Shown here piece after piece: positions 19,670 to 30,479 of a stretch of 64,000 nucleotides of DNA; position 1 is the first letter of the stretch; every line of letters starts with the position of its first letter. The stretch lies in the NCBI GenBank assembly GCA_052279835.1, contig CP181291.1, positions 5,376,001-5,440,000 of the forward strand, given 5' to 3'. Both the position numbers and the translations under genes were made by a program. Under the pieces are notes generated by a model that worked only from the letters and a program-made list of their open reading frames with translations, had not been told where the DNA came from and did not search any database. This DNA is from Microcoleus sp. (GTDB lineage Bacteria > Cyanobacteriota > Cyanobacteriia > Cyanobacteriales > Microcoleaceae).

Positions 19670-20974
19670 GTGAGCGATTCCACCATAGAACAGATATTGA
19701 AATTGGCATCTGGGCGCGCCGATAGCGCTGAAGTATACTACCTATCCAGCCAAGACACCCCGATCGAATTTGAGAACAATCGCCTCAAATCCCTGCAAAC
19801 CAAAGCCCTCCAAGGCGTAGCACTCCGACTGATTTACAAGGGCAAAATCGGCTTTGCTAGTTCCACCGATTTAACGCGGGTAGAGGATTTAGTCGATGCA
19901 GCTATTCAAACTGCCGAAATCGGCGATGCAGCGGAATTTGAACTAGCCTCCAACTTCCACCTAACCACGCCGGAAACTACCTACATTCCGCCCACAACCG
20001 CCGAATTAGTCGAAAATGGCAAAAACCTCATCGAGGAAGTTCACGCCTACAATCCCGATATCATCGTCGATGTCGGCTTCCACGTCCGCAGCGGCCGCGT
20101 CAAAATTGCCACCACCCAAGATGTCTATGCCGAAAGAAGCAGCCAAATAGTCAGCGGTACTATTTCTGGCAACTTGGTGCAGGGAGAAGATTTTATGCAA
20201 GCATACAGTTACGATGTAGCGTGCGATCGCCCCCTAAACACCGACAGCATCCTGCAAACACTCCTGGAAAAATACCGCCTCGCCGAAAATGCAGCCAGCA
20301 TCAGCAGCGGTTCCTACCCCGTATTATTCACCCCCAACGCCGCCGCTAGCACCCTCGGTGGCCTATTTGACACCATCCTGTCGGGCCAAGCGGTGGTTCA
20401 AAAAGCCTCTCCCCTAGCCGACAAAATCGGCGAAACCTTATTTGACGAACGCTTTACCTTTTTAGAAGACCCCACTTTAGGGCCCTATGCTCGTCCCTTC
20501 GACGACGAAGGCACTCCCACCACTCGCAAAGTCTTAATTGACAAAGGTACCGTCACGGGATTTTATTGGGATCGTAGATGGGCCGCTCGTGGAGGTGTAG
20601 AATCTACAGGCAACGGTTTTCGTGGGGGACTGTCTCGCCCCGGCCCAGATTTGAGTAACTTTTGCATTCTCCCCGGAAATACTCCAACTCAAGAATTGAT
20701 TGCTAGCATGGACGAAGGCTTGATAGTAGAGCAGGTTCTAGGTGCCGGTCAGTCCAATCAATTAGCCGGCGAATTTTCAGTCAATTTGGCTTTAGGCTAT
20801 AAAGTAGAAAAAGGCAAAATAGTAGGCCGCGTCAAGAATACAATGGTAGCGGGCAGCATTTTTGAAGCCTTTAAAAATTTGGTAGATTTGAGTAGCGAAT
20901 CCGAATGGGTAGGCGGCGGGGCTTATTTACCCAGTATGCTGTTTCGACAGTTGGGCGTTGCCTCTAGACAATAA
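19670..20974 (+). CDS. TldD/PmbA family protein (PmbA/TldE-like)
   Basis: PFDDEGTP, STGNGFR and GEFS motifs; GTG 19670 preferred because the longer ORF starts within the repeat. Confidence 0.9.
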   Translation: MSDSTIEQILKLASGRADSAEVYYLSSQDTPIEFENNRLKSLQTKALQGVALRLIYKGKIGFASSTDLTRVEDLVDAAIQTAEIGDAAEFELASNFHLTTPETTYIPPTTAELVENGKNLIEEVHAYNPDIIVDVGFHVRSGRVKIATTQDVYAERSSQIVSGTISGNLVQGEDFMQAYSYDVACDRPLNTDSILQTLLEKYRLAENAASISSGSYPVLFTPNAAASTLGGLFDTILSGQAVVQKASPLADKIGETLFDERFTFLEDPTLGPYARPFDDEGTPTTRKVLIDKGTVTGFYWDRRWAARGGVESTGNGFRGGLSRPGPDLSNFCILPGNTPTQELIASMDEGLIVEQVLGAGQSNQLAGEFSVNLALGYKVEKGKIVGRVKNTMVAGSIFEAFKNLVDLSSESEWVGGGAYLPSMLFRQLGVASRQ

Positions 20975-20994
20975 ACAGTTAACAGTTGAAAGTT

Positions 20995-21132
20995 ACTCGT
21001 TACCAGGCTCTTTTTACTCGTTACCAGGCTCTGCCTGGTAATGAAGATCCAGAGGCTCTGCCTCGAATTTGCATCAAAGCTTACGAGGCAGAGCCTCTGG
21101 ACATGGGTTCCCAGGCAGAGCCGGGGAACCAG
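20995..21132. repeat. Multi-hairpin dispersed repeat (GTTACCAGGCTCTGCCTGGTAA family)
   Basis: Nested palindromes CCAGAGGCTCTGCCTCG...CGAGGCAGAGCCTCTGG; short relative at about 40272-40298. Confidence 0.75.
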
Positions 21133-21172
21133 TTAAACCAGTTAAACAGGGAAAAAAAGGAATAAAGGTAAA

Positions 21173-21994
21173 ATGAAGCAGGAAATTGTCAAGGATGAAA
21201 CTGGGAAAAGGAAAAAGCACTTCTTGTTTCTTTTACCTTTTGTATTGTGCCTTTTAACTTTGGTAACAGGCTGCGTTCAGTACGATGTCGGAGTCAACTT
21301 TGAAAGCCAAACTCGCGGCGAAATTGTGCAGCACATTAAGCTGGGGGAACGGCTGACGAGCTTCAGCAGCGAGATTGTTGGAGATTGGTTGAATAGTGTA
21401 GAACGTAGAGTACGCTCTTTGGATGGGAAAACTAAACGGCTTTCAGAGCGAGAGGTTTTAGTTAGGATTCCTTTTAATAATGGTGCAGAGTTAGAGGAAA
21501 AGTTTAACCAATTTTACAATCCCGTACCTACCAAAAAAACTAGGGTTGCTACTCCCTTAGAAACCGATTTGCCGAAGTTTGAATCTCACCTCAAGGTCAA
21601 GCAAAATAATTTGTTGCTGGTGCTGCGAAATCGGTTAAGTTTGGAGTTGGATTTGCGGTCGATTTCTTTGCTGTCGGCTAACGGTAATCTGATCGTCAGT
21701 CCTGGGGGAATTTTAGAGCTAGACTTTAGCTTGAACACGCCTTGGGGAGCCGAAAGTATTCAAACTAGGCCCGGTGCGATCGTACCGGAAAGCTATGACA
21801 TGGGAAAACAGTTAGTCTGGAAGCTCAAACCGGGGGAAATTAATTATTTAGAGGCAGTATTTTGGGTTCCCAGTCCGGTAGGAATTGGTGCAGTGATTAT
21901 TGCTTTATTTGTTGTTGCTGGTATTGGTTTGAAATATAAACTGTTGCCAGCCATGGGCATCGGCAACAAAACTCAGAAAATCCCGCAAACCTAA
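21173..21994 (+). CDS. DUF3153-like lipoprotein
   Basis: Lipobox VTGC then VQYDVG; WKLKPGEINYLEAVFWVP; C-terminal TM. Confidence 0.75.
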   Translation: MKQEIVKDETGKRKKHFLFLLPFVLCLLTLVTGCVQYDVGVNFESQTRGEIVQHIKLGERLTSFSSEIVGDWLNSVERRVRSLDGKTKRLSEREVLVRIPFNNGAELEEKFNQFYNPVPTKKTRVATPLETDLPKFESHLKVKQNNLLLVLRNRLSLELDLRSISLLSANGNLIVSPGGILELDFSLNTPWGAESIQTRPGAIVPESYDMGKQLVWKLKPGEINYLEAVFWVPSPVGIGAVIIALFVVAGIGLKYKLLPAMGIGNKTQKIPQT

Positions 21995-22119
21995 AGCAGT
22001 TGCTCAGTCACAGCTAAAAAAATGAAGAACCAGTACCAGTAATGCTGGAAAAAGTCGGGAATCTAATAGTTTACCAAGACACAAAAATTTGTACAGTTTG
22101 AGAATTAGGAACAGAGAAA

Positions 22120-22464
22120 ATGCGGGTACTCAACTTCTTCTTCATCTTTCTGATTTGTTTGGCTTTAGTCTTGTTCAGTATTGAGAATACAGAGCCGACA
22201 ACTATTCAAATTATCAAAGGGTTCCAAGTTAAAGCTCCTTTGTCAGTAGAATTAATTATGGCAACTGGATTGGGGGCAATTTTAGCGTGGCTTTTCAGTT
22301 TGTGGTCTAGAATGCAGCGAATGCTCGCCTCTCGTGCCGAGACTCGTCAAGTTCGCGAAAAGGAGCAACAAATTCAAGTTTTGGAACAGGACATCGAACG
22401 GTATAAAGCAGAAGTAGAAGCGAAACAACTTTTGTTAGAAAGTGGAGAACCGTCCACCGTGTAA
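22120..22464 (+). CDS. LapA (DUF1049) family membrane protein
   Basis: Two TM segments (LVLFSIEN; PLSVELI..GLGA) plus coiled coil. Confidence 0.75.
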   Translation: MRVLNFFFIFLICLALVLFSIENTEPTTIQIIKGFQVKAPLSVELIMATGLGAILAWLFSLWSRMQRMLASRAETRQVREKEQQIQVLEQDIERYKAEVEAKQLLLESGEPSTV

Positions 22465-22535
22465 GATATCAAGAATGCGGTGGCGATCGCTAATTAAATC
22501 AAATATAGGCTCGATCATCTAAAATCTAAAATCGA

Positions 22536-23357
22536 ATGACCATTGCCAAGGCCCAAGATGGTTTACAGACGATTTCCGAGGGGATCGCAATTTTAATTGA
22601 CTTAGCAGAACGGGGAGAAATCAATCCTTGGGACGTTAAAGTGATTGAAGTGTTCGATCGCTGTTTGAACAAGCTAAACGAGGCGCGTGACGCAGATCAG
22701 AGTGGGGATTTCTCCGATTTGTCCCACTCCGGTCAGGCATTTTTGTATGCTTCCATGCTGGTTTTGCTCAAAGCAGAAAGTATTGTTCTCTCAGAACCCC
22801 CCGTGAATGACTCCGCCGATGAGGTGCCGCTCGAAGAGCCAGAAAACTCAGGAGGGCGACATTTGCCCCAGCATTTGGAGCGACAACTGCGCCGCCGTGG
22901 TGTAGCTCAACTACCCCAAAAACGCCCGGTGACGCTTCCAGAACTGATTGAGCAGTTGCAGCTTATGAAAGCGGCAATGGAGGAGACAGTTGCTCCCAGG
23001 CGACGTACTAGCTCAAAAACGCGGTCTCAAGCGGCACGGGCTATATTTGAACTAGCTCACCAAGAAAATCTGGTGGAAACTGCTAGTGAACTGGAGCGGT
23101 TTTTGGGAGAACGCAATTCTGAAATTGATGAGGGTTGGCTGGACTTGGAACAACTGCTGGAACTCTGGCCTCATCACGATTTGCACTCTCCTGCTGAGTC
23201 GCAAATTACGGTCTCTATGGAGGAAAGGGAGGAAACAAATTCGCCCAATCATGACCGCGTTGGTATTTTTTGGGCGCTGTTGCTACTGTCGGCTCAGTCT
23301 AAAGTAGAGTTGGTTCAAGAAGAGTTTTATCGAGACCTCAAAATCCGAGTTCTCTAA
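22536..23357 (+). CDS. scpA: Segregation and condensation protein A
   Basis: GEINPWDV, LVLLKA, FWALLLL kleisin motifs. Confidence 0.92.
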   Translation: MTIAKAQDGLQTISEGIAILIDLAERGEINPWDVKVIEVFDRCLNKLNEARDADQSGDFSDLSHSGQAFLYASMLVLLKAESIVLSEPPVNDSADEVPLEEPENSGGRHLPQHLERQLRRRGVAQLPQKRPVTLPELIEQLQLMKAAMEETVAPRRRTSSKTRSQAARAIFELAHQENLVETASELERFLGERNSEIDEGWLDLEQLLELWPHHDLHSPAESQITVSMEEREETNSPNHDRVGIFWALLLLSAQSKVELVQEEFYRDLKIRVL

Positions 23358-23671
23358 ACTTAAACGGAAATGAGACTGACTGCTCCGAAACTAATAACTA
23401 TGTTACTCCGTCGGTTAATATTCCAGGCAGAAGCTCCCTAGCCGGAATTTTCTGGCTCAATTTGGGAGCAATACACTCACTCCAGTGCTAACTGAGTCGT
23501 GATTCCTGAGTGCTGAAATTCAGGGAAATCCCGAATCAGTGATTGATAGCCTGGTACTGTGTGGAAAATAAACAGGTCAGGATTTTAGTGCGATCGACAA
23601 TTATAGATCGTAACCGCTAGCATCTAAGTGTTGAGTTGATATCAATTAACAAAGGGTTGAGGAAGTTAAGA

Positions 23672-24835
23672 ATGAAAGCGATGATTCTGGCGGCCGGTAA
23701 AGGTACTCGTGTCCGTCCCATTACTCAGACAATACCGAAACCAATGATTCCCATCCTACAAAAGCCTGTGATGGAATTTTTGGTTGAATTGCTCCGTCAG
23801 CATGGATTTGACGAGATTATGGTCAATGTTTCCCACCTAGCGGACGTGATTGAAAATTACTTCCGCGATGGTCAAAAATTTGGGGTGCAAATTGGCTATT
23901 CTTTTGAGGGACGGATTGAAGAGGGACAAATGATCGGAGAAGCCGTCGGCTCGGCTGGCGGTATGAAGCGGATTCAGGACTTCTCACCATTTTTTGATGA
24001 TACTTTTGTGGTGCTGTGCGGAGACGCTTTGATTGACCTGGATTTGACGGCTGCTGTCAAGTGGCACCGGGAAAAAGGAGCGATCGCTACTATTGTGATG
24101 AAATCTGTTCCCCGCGAAGAAGTTTCGAGTTACGGAGTTGTGGTAACAGACGATTCTGGTAAAGTTAAAGCATTCCAAGAAAAACCCTCTGTCGAAGAAG
24201 CTCTGAGTACCGATATCAACACTGGTATTTACATTTTTGAACCGGAAATATTCAATTACATTCCTTCTGATACAGAGTACGATATCGGTTCGGAATTATT
24301 CCCCAAGCTAGTAGCAGCAGGCGCGCCTTTTTACGGGATTAGCATGGACTTTGAGTGGGTGGATATCGGCAAAGTTCCTGACTATTGGCGGGCGATTCAA
24401 AGTGTACTATTGGGAGAAGTTAAAAATGTTTCGATTCCGGGAATAGAAGTTCGTCCCGGCGTTTATGCTGGTTTAAATGTAGCTGTGAATTGGGACAAGG
24501 TTGACATTACCGGACCTGTTTATATTGGCGGGATGACGATTATTGAAGATGGAGCCAAAATTGTTGGCCCGACGATGATCGGCCCCAATTGTTGGCTTTG
24601 CAGTGGGGCGACAGTGGAAAATAGCGTGATTTTTGAGTATTCCCGTTTGGGGCCAGAAGTGCGCTTAGTTGACAAACTGGTGTTCGGGCGCTACTGCGTT
24701 GATAAAACGGGGGCTGCGATCGATTTGCAAGCGGCGGCTCTGGATTGGCTGATTACTGATGCTCGTCAAGTTTTGCCAACTCAACAACAAGAAGAACGGC
24801 GGGCGATCGCAGACATTCTCAGCAACACTAACTAA
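23672..24835 (+). CDS. cugP: Cyanobacterial NDP-sugar synthase (UDP-glucose pyrophosphorylase CugP type)
   Basis: MKAMILAAGKGTRVRPIT nucleotidyltransferase motif plus left-handed beta-helix tail. Confidence 0.8.
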   Translation: MKAMILAAGKGTRVRPITQTIPKPMIPILQKPVMEFLVELLRQHGFDEIMVNVSHLADVIENYFRDGQKFGVQIGYSFEGRIEEGQMIGEAVGSAGGMKRIQDFSPFFDDTFVVLCGDALIDLDLTAAVKWHREKGAIATIVMKSVPREEVSSYGVVVTDDSGKVKAFQEKPSVEEALSTDINTGIYIFEPEIFNYIPSDTEYDIGSELFPKLVAAGAPFYGISMDFEWVDIGKVPDYWRAIQSVLLGEVKNVSIPGIEVRPGVYAGLNVAVNWDKVDITGPVYIGGMTIIEDGAKIVGPTMIGPNCWLCSGATVENSVIFEYSRLGPEVRLVDKLVFGRYCVDKTGAAIDLQAAALDWLITDARQVLPTQQQEERRAIADILSNTN

Positions 24836-25058
24836 TTGGTTATTAGTTATTGGTTATTGGTTGTTATTGGTTGTTATTGGTTAGTTGTTATTGGTTCTTG
24901 GTTATTAGTTGTTGGTTGTGTGTTATTAGTTGTGACAAATAAAAACCAAAAACTAACAGATAACAACTAACAACTAACAACTAACAACTAACAACTAACA
25001 ACTAACAACTAACAACTAACAACTAACAACTAACCAATAACAACTAACCAATAACTAA
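24836..25058. repeat. STRR heptamer arrays in inverted orientation (TTATTGG/TTAGTTG versus CAACTAA/CCAATAA)
   Basis: About 10 consecutive CAACTAA units at 24964-25033 and complementary degenerate units at 24836-24932, between convergent genes. Confidence 0.92.
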
Positions 25059-27068
25059 CTAAGATTGAAGATAAGTATACTGGCTAAGACTCCTTTCATA
25101 ATTTTGCAGCAAAAGTTGTGACTCCGAAAGAGTAATTTTATTTTGCTGCAACGCTTCCTCTGTCTGACGGCGGATGCTTTCAACCAAACTTTCTGCATCG
25201 TACTGTACATAGCTGAGAACTTCCTTCATCGTGTCCCCTTTCACAACGTGTTCGATATGATAGCCAGAAGGCGTTAGCTGAATGTGTACTGCATTTGCAT
25301 CGCCGAATAAGTTGTGAAGGTTCCCCATGATTTCTTGATAGGCACCTCCCAAAAATAGGGCTAAATAGTAAGGTTGTCCGGGCTTCATGGGATGCAGTTC
25401 CAGCACTGACTTGACATCTCGCAAATCGATAAATTGGTCGATTTTACCATCACTATCGCAGGTGAGATCTGCCAAAGTTCCTCGCTGAGTTGGTTCTTCA
25501 TCAAGTCGGTGGATTGGCATAATAGGGAACAATTGGTTAATTGCCCAACTATCTGGCACTGACTGAAAAACAGATAAGTTGATGTAATAAATTGAGGCCA
25601 TCACCTTTTCTAAGTCTTCCAAATCGTCGGATACATATTCTTTTTCCCGCGCGATCGCCTGGATTTTTTCGCAGCAAGCCCAATACAATTGCTCAGTTTT
25701 AGCCCGTTCGGCAATTCCCAAATAGCCTAAGTTAAATAAACTGATTGCTTCTTGCTTAAATTGGATAGCATCGTGATAGACTTCTTGGTAATTTTCTGGA
25801 CTAATAGATTGGTAGATTTCGTAGAGATTACGCGGAATTTGGTGGGCGTTTTGGTCTACTGGTTCTGGTACTTCCCTCAGAACTTCGCTGGTACCAAGTA
25901 CATCAAAAATTAACACTGATTGGTGAGAAGCGATCGCCCGTCCGCTTTCACTAATGATAATTGGCACTGGTACTTTTCGCTCGTCACAGGCATCCTTTAC
26001 TCCGGCTACTACGTCGTTGGCGTAGTTTTGCATATTGTAATTTTTAGAGGCATGAAAATTAGTTTTAGAACCATCATAGTCAACGCCCAGTCCACCACCT
26101 ACGTCCAAGTAGTTCATATTAGCTCCCAACTTAGCTAATTCTACATAAATGTGGCTGGCTTCTCGGATGGCATCTTTGATGACGCTAATCGATGAAATTT
26201 GAGAGCCGATATGGAAGTGCAACAGTTGCAAACAGTCTAGCATTCCTGCTTTTTTCAGCTCCTCGACAGCGCGGACAATTTCAGGAATAGTCAAGCCAAA
26301 TTTTGCTCGATCGCCTGTGGAACCTCCCCAGCGGCCAACACCGGTGGTACTGAGTTTGGCTCGCACTCCCAAAACCGGTTTAATTCCTAATGCTTTGCCC
26401 GCGGCGATCGCCAGTTGCACTTCCTCTATTTGCTCAAGCACAACTACTGAAGTTTGCCCTAGCCGCTGGGCTAAAATTGCCGTTTCTATATATTCGCGGT
26501 CTTTGTAACCATTGCAAATTAATAAAGCGCCTGGGTTTTTTAAAGTGGCTAAAGCTATCATTAATTCTGGTTTAGATCCAGCTTCCAAGCCGAAGTGGTG
26601 CGGTTGACCGAAACGCACCAAATCTTCAACTAATTGGCGGTGCTGGTTGCATTTCACCGGAAAGACACCGCGATAGACATTTTTGTAATTGTAGCGGGCG
26701 ATCGCTCTGGCAAAACAAGAATTTAACCGCTCAATCCGGTCTTCCAAAATATCAGAAAATCGAATCAGTAGTGGCAGTGCCAAGTTTCGCTGTTTGAGAG
26801 ATTCTACCAGTTCGCACAAGTCCAGGGAGCCGCCACGATCGCCCTTGGGAGATACTGTAACGTGACCGGCTGCATTGATCGAGAAATAGGGTTCCCCCCA
26901 ACCTTGAATTCGGTATAGTTTTTCGCTATCTTCGATTGTCCAAGATTTCTGTGGAATTGGAGCAGTCGTTGACAAAGTAGTGTCTGGTGTCACCAAATTT
27001 GGGATACTTGGTGGCTGAGTCGATAGTGGCTCGATCGGGGAGGAAGCAGCAGTGGCAGGGGAACTCAT
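25059..27068 (-). CDS. speA: Biosynthetic arginine decarboxylase
   Basis: FPVKCNQ PLP lysine, HFHIGSQI, DVGGGLG, TCDSDG, GAYQEIMGNLHNLFG. Confidence 0.96.
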   Translation of the reverse strand: MSSPATAASSPIEPLSTQPPSIPNLVTPDTTLSTTAPIPQKSWTIEDSEKLYRIQGWGEPYFSINAAGHVTVSPKGDRGGSLDLCELVESLKQRNLALPLLIRFSDILEDRIERLNSCFARAIARYNYKNVYRGVFPVKCNQHRQLVEDLVRFGQPHHFGLEAGSKPELMIALATLKNPGALLICNGYKDREYIETAILAQRLGQTSVVVLEQIEEVQLAIAAGKALGIKPVLGVRAKLSTTGVGRWGGSTGDRAKFGLTIPEIVRAVEELKKAGMLDCLQLLHFHIGSQISSISVIKDAIREASHIYVELAKLGANMNYLDVGGGLGVDYDGSKTNFHASKNYNMQNYANDVVAGVKDACDERKVPVPIIISESGRAIASHQSVLIFDVLGTSEVLREVPEPVDQNAHQIPRNLYEIYQSISPENYQEVYHDAIQFKQEAISLFNLGYLGIAERAKTEQLYWACCEKIQAIAREKEYVSDDLEDLEKVMASIYYINLSVFQSVPDSWAINQLFPIMPIHRLDEEPTQRGTLADLTCDSDGKIDQFIDLRDVKSVLELHPMKPGQPYYLALFLGGAYQEIMGNLHNLFGDANAVHIQLTPSGYHIEHVVKGDTMKEVLSYVQYDAESLVESIRRQTEEALQQNKITLSESQLLLQNYERSLSQYTYLQS

Positions 27069-27223
27069 CTTCTCGGAAACCTTAAAATGACTGGTCGAGT
27101 AGTTAGTTTATCGCAGATATCGGGTTTCCTGATGTACTGGAAAATTCACTTTGTGACTGTAGGGCGATCGACCTCAAGGTTAGATCGATGAAAATGGCGA
27201 TCGGTATTTTCCACTAACAGATT

Positions 27224-28420
27224 TTAGGCCCAAATCATTTCAGGTGGTGCCATATCAGCCCCCATAATCATGCCCCCATGAGTGGTAGACTTTTTCACAC
27301 CAGGTTTAGGTGCGGGGGTGTCGCGGGCCGCCGCTGGCGCAACGGACGCAGGTGGTGTCACCAAATTTGCCGGTACTGGCTGCCCCCCTGGCACAACGGG
27401 TTGTTGCGATAGCCAAGCCACACCCCCCACAGCCCCAGCCATTAAAGCTGTATACCCGATGTACAAATGGGCTGAATTCATTTGAAAGCCATCGTCTGAT
27501 TCCGATTCGGAAACCGACAAATAGGAGTTGAGATTGCCACTGGCATCTAGTTGGGGCAAAGCATCTGCCATTGCACTACCGTTGAGTCCCACGGCATCGC
27601 CTATCCGACGGATGAAACCTCTAACGTAGATGTCTTGGGGGAGTTTCTCAATTTCCCCATTTTCGATCGCTTCGATGTGGTGCATGGGCACCAGGGTTTG
27701 ACTGTGGATGTGTTGAATAGATAAGGCTCTAAGTTCCCTTCCCAGGCGCAATTCTCTCCCCAACTCGCACAAACAATCTTTCCGTTGTTGAATAGCCAAA
27801 GCTACTGCTTCTTCCTTAGTAAGTTTCTTGTGTTTCTGAAGAAAAGAAAATCCTGGGAAGGAGTTTCCTTTAACTACCACAGCACCGGGTGTAGCTGACT
27901 CAACTTGACCTTCGTCTTGGGGAAATTGTTGCTGTGCTTCGTGAGTTTCAGTATCTAGACGATCGTCATTTTCATTGTCAGAATCTGTTGTGGGTGGCAA
28001 TTCCACAGTAGTGCTACGACGATAAAAGATGGGAACAGATACTTGTGATGGCTCTAATTCTCTGACTGCCGTAAATTCTGTAGCCTTGCTCAGCAGCGGA
28101 CTTGTCAGGGCAGAACTTCCCATAGTAGAACTTGCCATGACGAGACTCTCCGGGGCTAGTTGTAGTTCCGTTTTTTGTGATTTGGGGAACCGCTGAAATG
28201 CTAGTTTGACCGCTTCTCGGCTAACGGCTCTAATTAAAATTTCCGCTGCCGATGCCGCTTCGCCCAACATAGTTTGCAAGCTAGCTAGAGCGTGGCTGTA
28301 GGTGTCGCTACAAAGTAGTTCACCTTCTATTTGACCAAGGACAGAGCGAAAACTTTCTTGAGAAACTTCAATAGTTGTGTGATCTGTTACCCCAAAATAA
28401 GCATCGGGTTTCAGTGCCAT
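27224..28420 (-). CDS. RodZ-like HTH protein with C-terminal TM
   Basis: IEAIENGEIEKLPQDIYVRGFIRR HTH_25-type motif; TM LYIGYTALMAGAVGGV. Confidence 0.75.
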   Translation of the reverse strand: MALKPDAYFGVTDHTTIEVSQESFRSVLGQIEGELLCSDTYSHALASLQTMLGEAASAAEILIRAVSREAVKLAFQRFPKSQKTELQLAPESLVMASSTMGSSALTSPLLSKATEFTAVRELEPSQVSVPIFYRRSTTVELPPTTDSDNENDDRLDTETHEAQQQFPQDEGQVESATPGAVVVKGNSFPGFSFLQKHKKLTKEEAVALAIQQRKDCLCELGRELRLGRELRALSIQHIHSQTLVPMHHIEAIENGEIEKLPQDIYVRGFIRRIGDAVGLNGSAMADALPQLDASGNLNSYLSVSESESDDGFQMNSAHLYIGYTALMAGAVGGVAWLSQQPVVPGGQPVPANLVTPPASVAPAAARDTPAPKPGVKKSTTHGGMIMGADMAPPEMIWA

Positions 28421-28777
28421 GATATTTATGTTGTTTTACTACAAGGTATCTGAGTAACTTATTCGACAAGTTGGTACTGATTCCGGATGCCATTAGGGGG
28501 AGAGTCAAGTAGGGCTAAGCTCCCTTGATTTGCTATTGATGCAGTGGTCGCTGGGGATTGGTAACTGGTGATTCATGCTTGGGATCTTGCCTCACCAATC
28601 ACTAATAACCAATCACTAATAACCCATAACTAATAACTAATAAGTAAGTCCACCTAATTAAATGCAAGATCCAAATCGCTCAAAAGCTTACTGGCTTGCT
28701 ATTCTTCACATCGATCTTCTTCCTGAATTTCCCCCCTTGGGGGGGGTAGGGGGGGGTGACTTCTTCCTTCTACTTAA

Positions 28778-29368
28778 CTACTGCTTGTTGATGCGATCGA
28801 GCAACCACAGAGCTCCGACAATCCCGACAAAGTGAGCTAAAGTAGCGTGAATGTTTGCCAGCACTACAAATATATCGAGGGGCTGAATGAACCGACTGAA
28901 ATCGACGGCTGCACCGAATAAAACTTGGGGCTGAGATATAGATTTGACGAACAATGTACCACCGATTGCTTCTGCTCCCAGCAGCGTCAGCAGCATTCCC
29001 GACAAATTACTCATCAATGTCAATCGTACTTCTTGAATCGTCTGTGCCCTTTTGGGGCGGACACCCGTGGCGGGTGATCGCAGTTCTTTAGACAAGCGAG
29101 TAAACCGAAAAGCCCGATAGGCGCTGTAGCCGAGGGCTAACAGCCCGCACACAGCCAACAATACACCTCCGCCGGTTCCAGCACTGGTTTGGCTCGTAGC
29201 GGAGGCACTACTCGACAGGGCAGACGGGACTGCCAACAGCAAAATTAGCCCCGCCACCACGCCCAGCACTGCTTGGACCCAGAAACAAGTCCAGCCCGCA
29301 GTCCGCAGGGCAAAAGCAACTCGCTGTGCCGCTAGGGGAAGATTATCTGTATCTAACTGATTTGTCAT
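28778..29368 (-). CDS. DUF3611 (PIC1/TIC21-like) membrane protein
   Basis: GWTCFWVQAVL; IQPLDIFVVLAN...AHFVG. Confidence 0.8.
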   Translation of the reverse strand: MTNQLDTDNLPLAAQRVAFALRTAGWTCFWVQAVLGVVAGLILLLAVPSALSSSASATSQTSAGTGGGVLLAVCGLLALGYSAYRAFRFTRLSKELRSPATGVRPKRAQTIQEVRLTLMSNLSGMLLTLLGAEAIGGTLFVKSISQPQVLFGAAVDFSRFIQPLDIFVVLANIHATLAHFVGIVGALWLLDRINKQ

Positions 29369-29650
29369 ATATGCAGTAGTGTAACTGGTTAGGTTTAGCT
29401 AGGAGTTTTTGGTAGCAGGGACTGGGGACTAAAAGAGTTTAGGGTATTAAGCCGTGGGAGCAATTCTTTAATTCTTCAATCTCAAATCTTAAATCTCAAA
29501 TTGATTTATGGCGGGTTAACCGCTTCTCAAAATCTAGGTATTGGTCAACTTTCACAAACCCTCTTTACAATGGGAGAAGAAACGTTTAAGAATTGTAACT
29601 AACATTGGATTTCACATTTAGATACTATGCACACAGAGGCAATTAAAGCA

Positions 29651-29821
29651 ATGACACCTATACAACCCACCATAACTCCGAAACTGTCACAGCCAAAATT
29701 TGGCTTCAACAACTACGCCGAAAGGCTCAACGGTAGAGCTGCGATGATCGGCTTTATCCTCACTTTGGCGATCGAGTATGCCACAGGGCAGGGCTTACTG
29801 TCCTGGTTAGGCCTCAACTAA
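29651..29821 (+). CDS. High-light-inducible protein (Hlip/SCP)
   Basis: AERLNGRAAMIGF chlorophyll-binding helix. Confidence 0.95.
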   Translation: MTPIQPTITPKLSQPKFGFNNYAERLNGRAAMIGFILTLAIEYATGQGLLSWLGLN

Positions 29822-30173
29822 TTTTAGCGTGCTGTCAGCCTCACATCGGCTCGATCGCCAGGGAATAGTCGGTGTGAGTTCTCTGTTGAGTGTCACCAGT
29901 TCTCGAATTGATTAGAATATGCACAAGAAACAATATCAGAGACTTGTGTGTCTTGGGATATCTGTTCTCATAAAGGCAGAGCTGGATTATCATGTGTCGA
30001 TCGGGCAAAAAATTGATTTGACGAGGTTGGCAATTTGACCGGACTCCCGTACAATGCCCCACAGGCGAGAATGTTAATCTAGGTTAAGCTAGTATTTGAC
30101 CTAGAAATCCCGAATGTTCCGCCAGCTCTCAGCTTTAGAAATTGTAGATAAATATAGAAAAGAGTAAACAGCA

Positions 30174-30479
30174 ATGAATGCTTCATGGACGCGACTTTTA
30201 AGGTCTGCTTACCGTAGAGATCCTATTACCAGCTTTGTTGTGACAGTGGGCGTTGTCGATGCAGCGATCGGCAGTATTGGTGCTAGTGGCTCTTTATTGG
30301 CTTTTGGGCTAGGTACCGCTGGGGTGGCGATCGCCCTGAGATTCTGGCAGAGTTACCGCTCAGGAGCCGAACAGCCTGCACCTGCTCCCGAATACTATCT
30401 CCCCCCTCAGTCTTCTCGACCTCAGTTACCCACACTCAACAACCTATCTAAAAAAAATCCTCCCTATGAAGGGTACTGA
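30174..30479 (+). CDS. Conserved cyanobacterial small membrane protein
   Basis: RSAYRRDPITSFVVTVGVVDAAIG with TM segments and Pro-rich tail. Confidence 0.75.
   Translation: MNASWTRLLRSAYRRDPITSFVVTVGVVDAAIGSIGASGSLLAFGLGTAGVAIALRFWQSYRSGAEQPAPAPEYYLPPQSSRPQLPTLNNLSKKNPPYEGY

Noticed and set aside
24836..25058. CRISPR-like array
   Set aside because: Simple heptamer STRR with no spacers
29560..29605. HLR1 site upstream of the hli gene
   Set aside because: Only one good half-site (GTTACAAT on minus); the second half is poor
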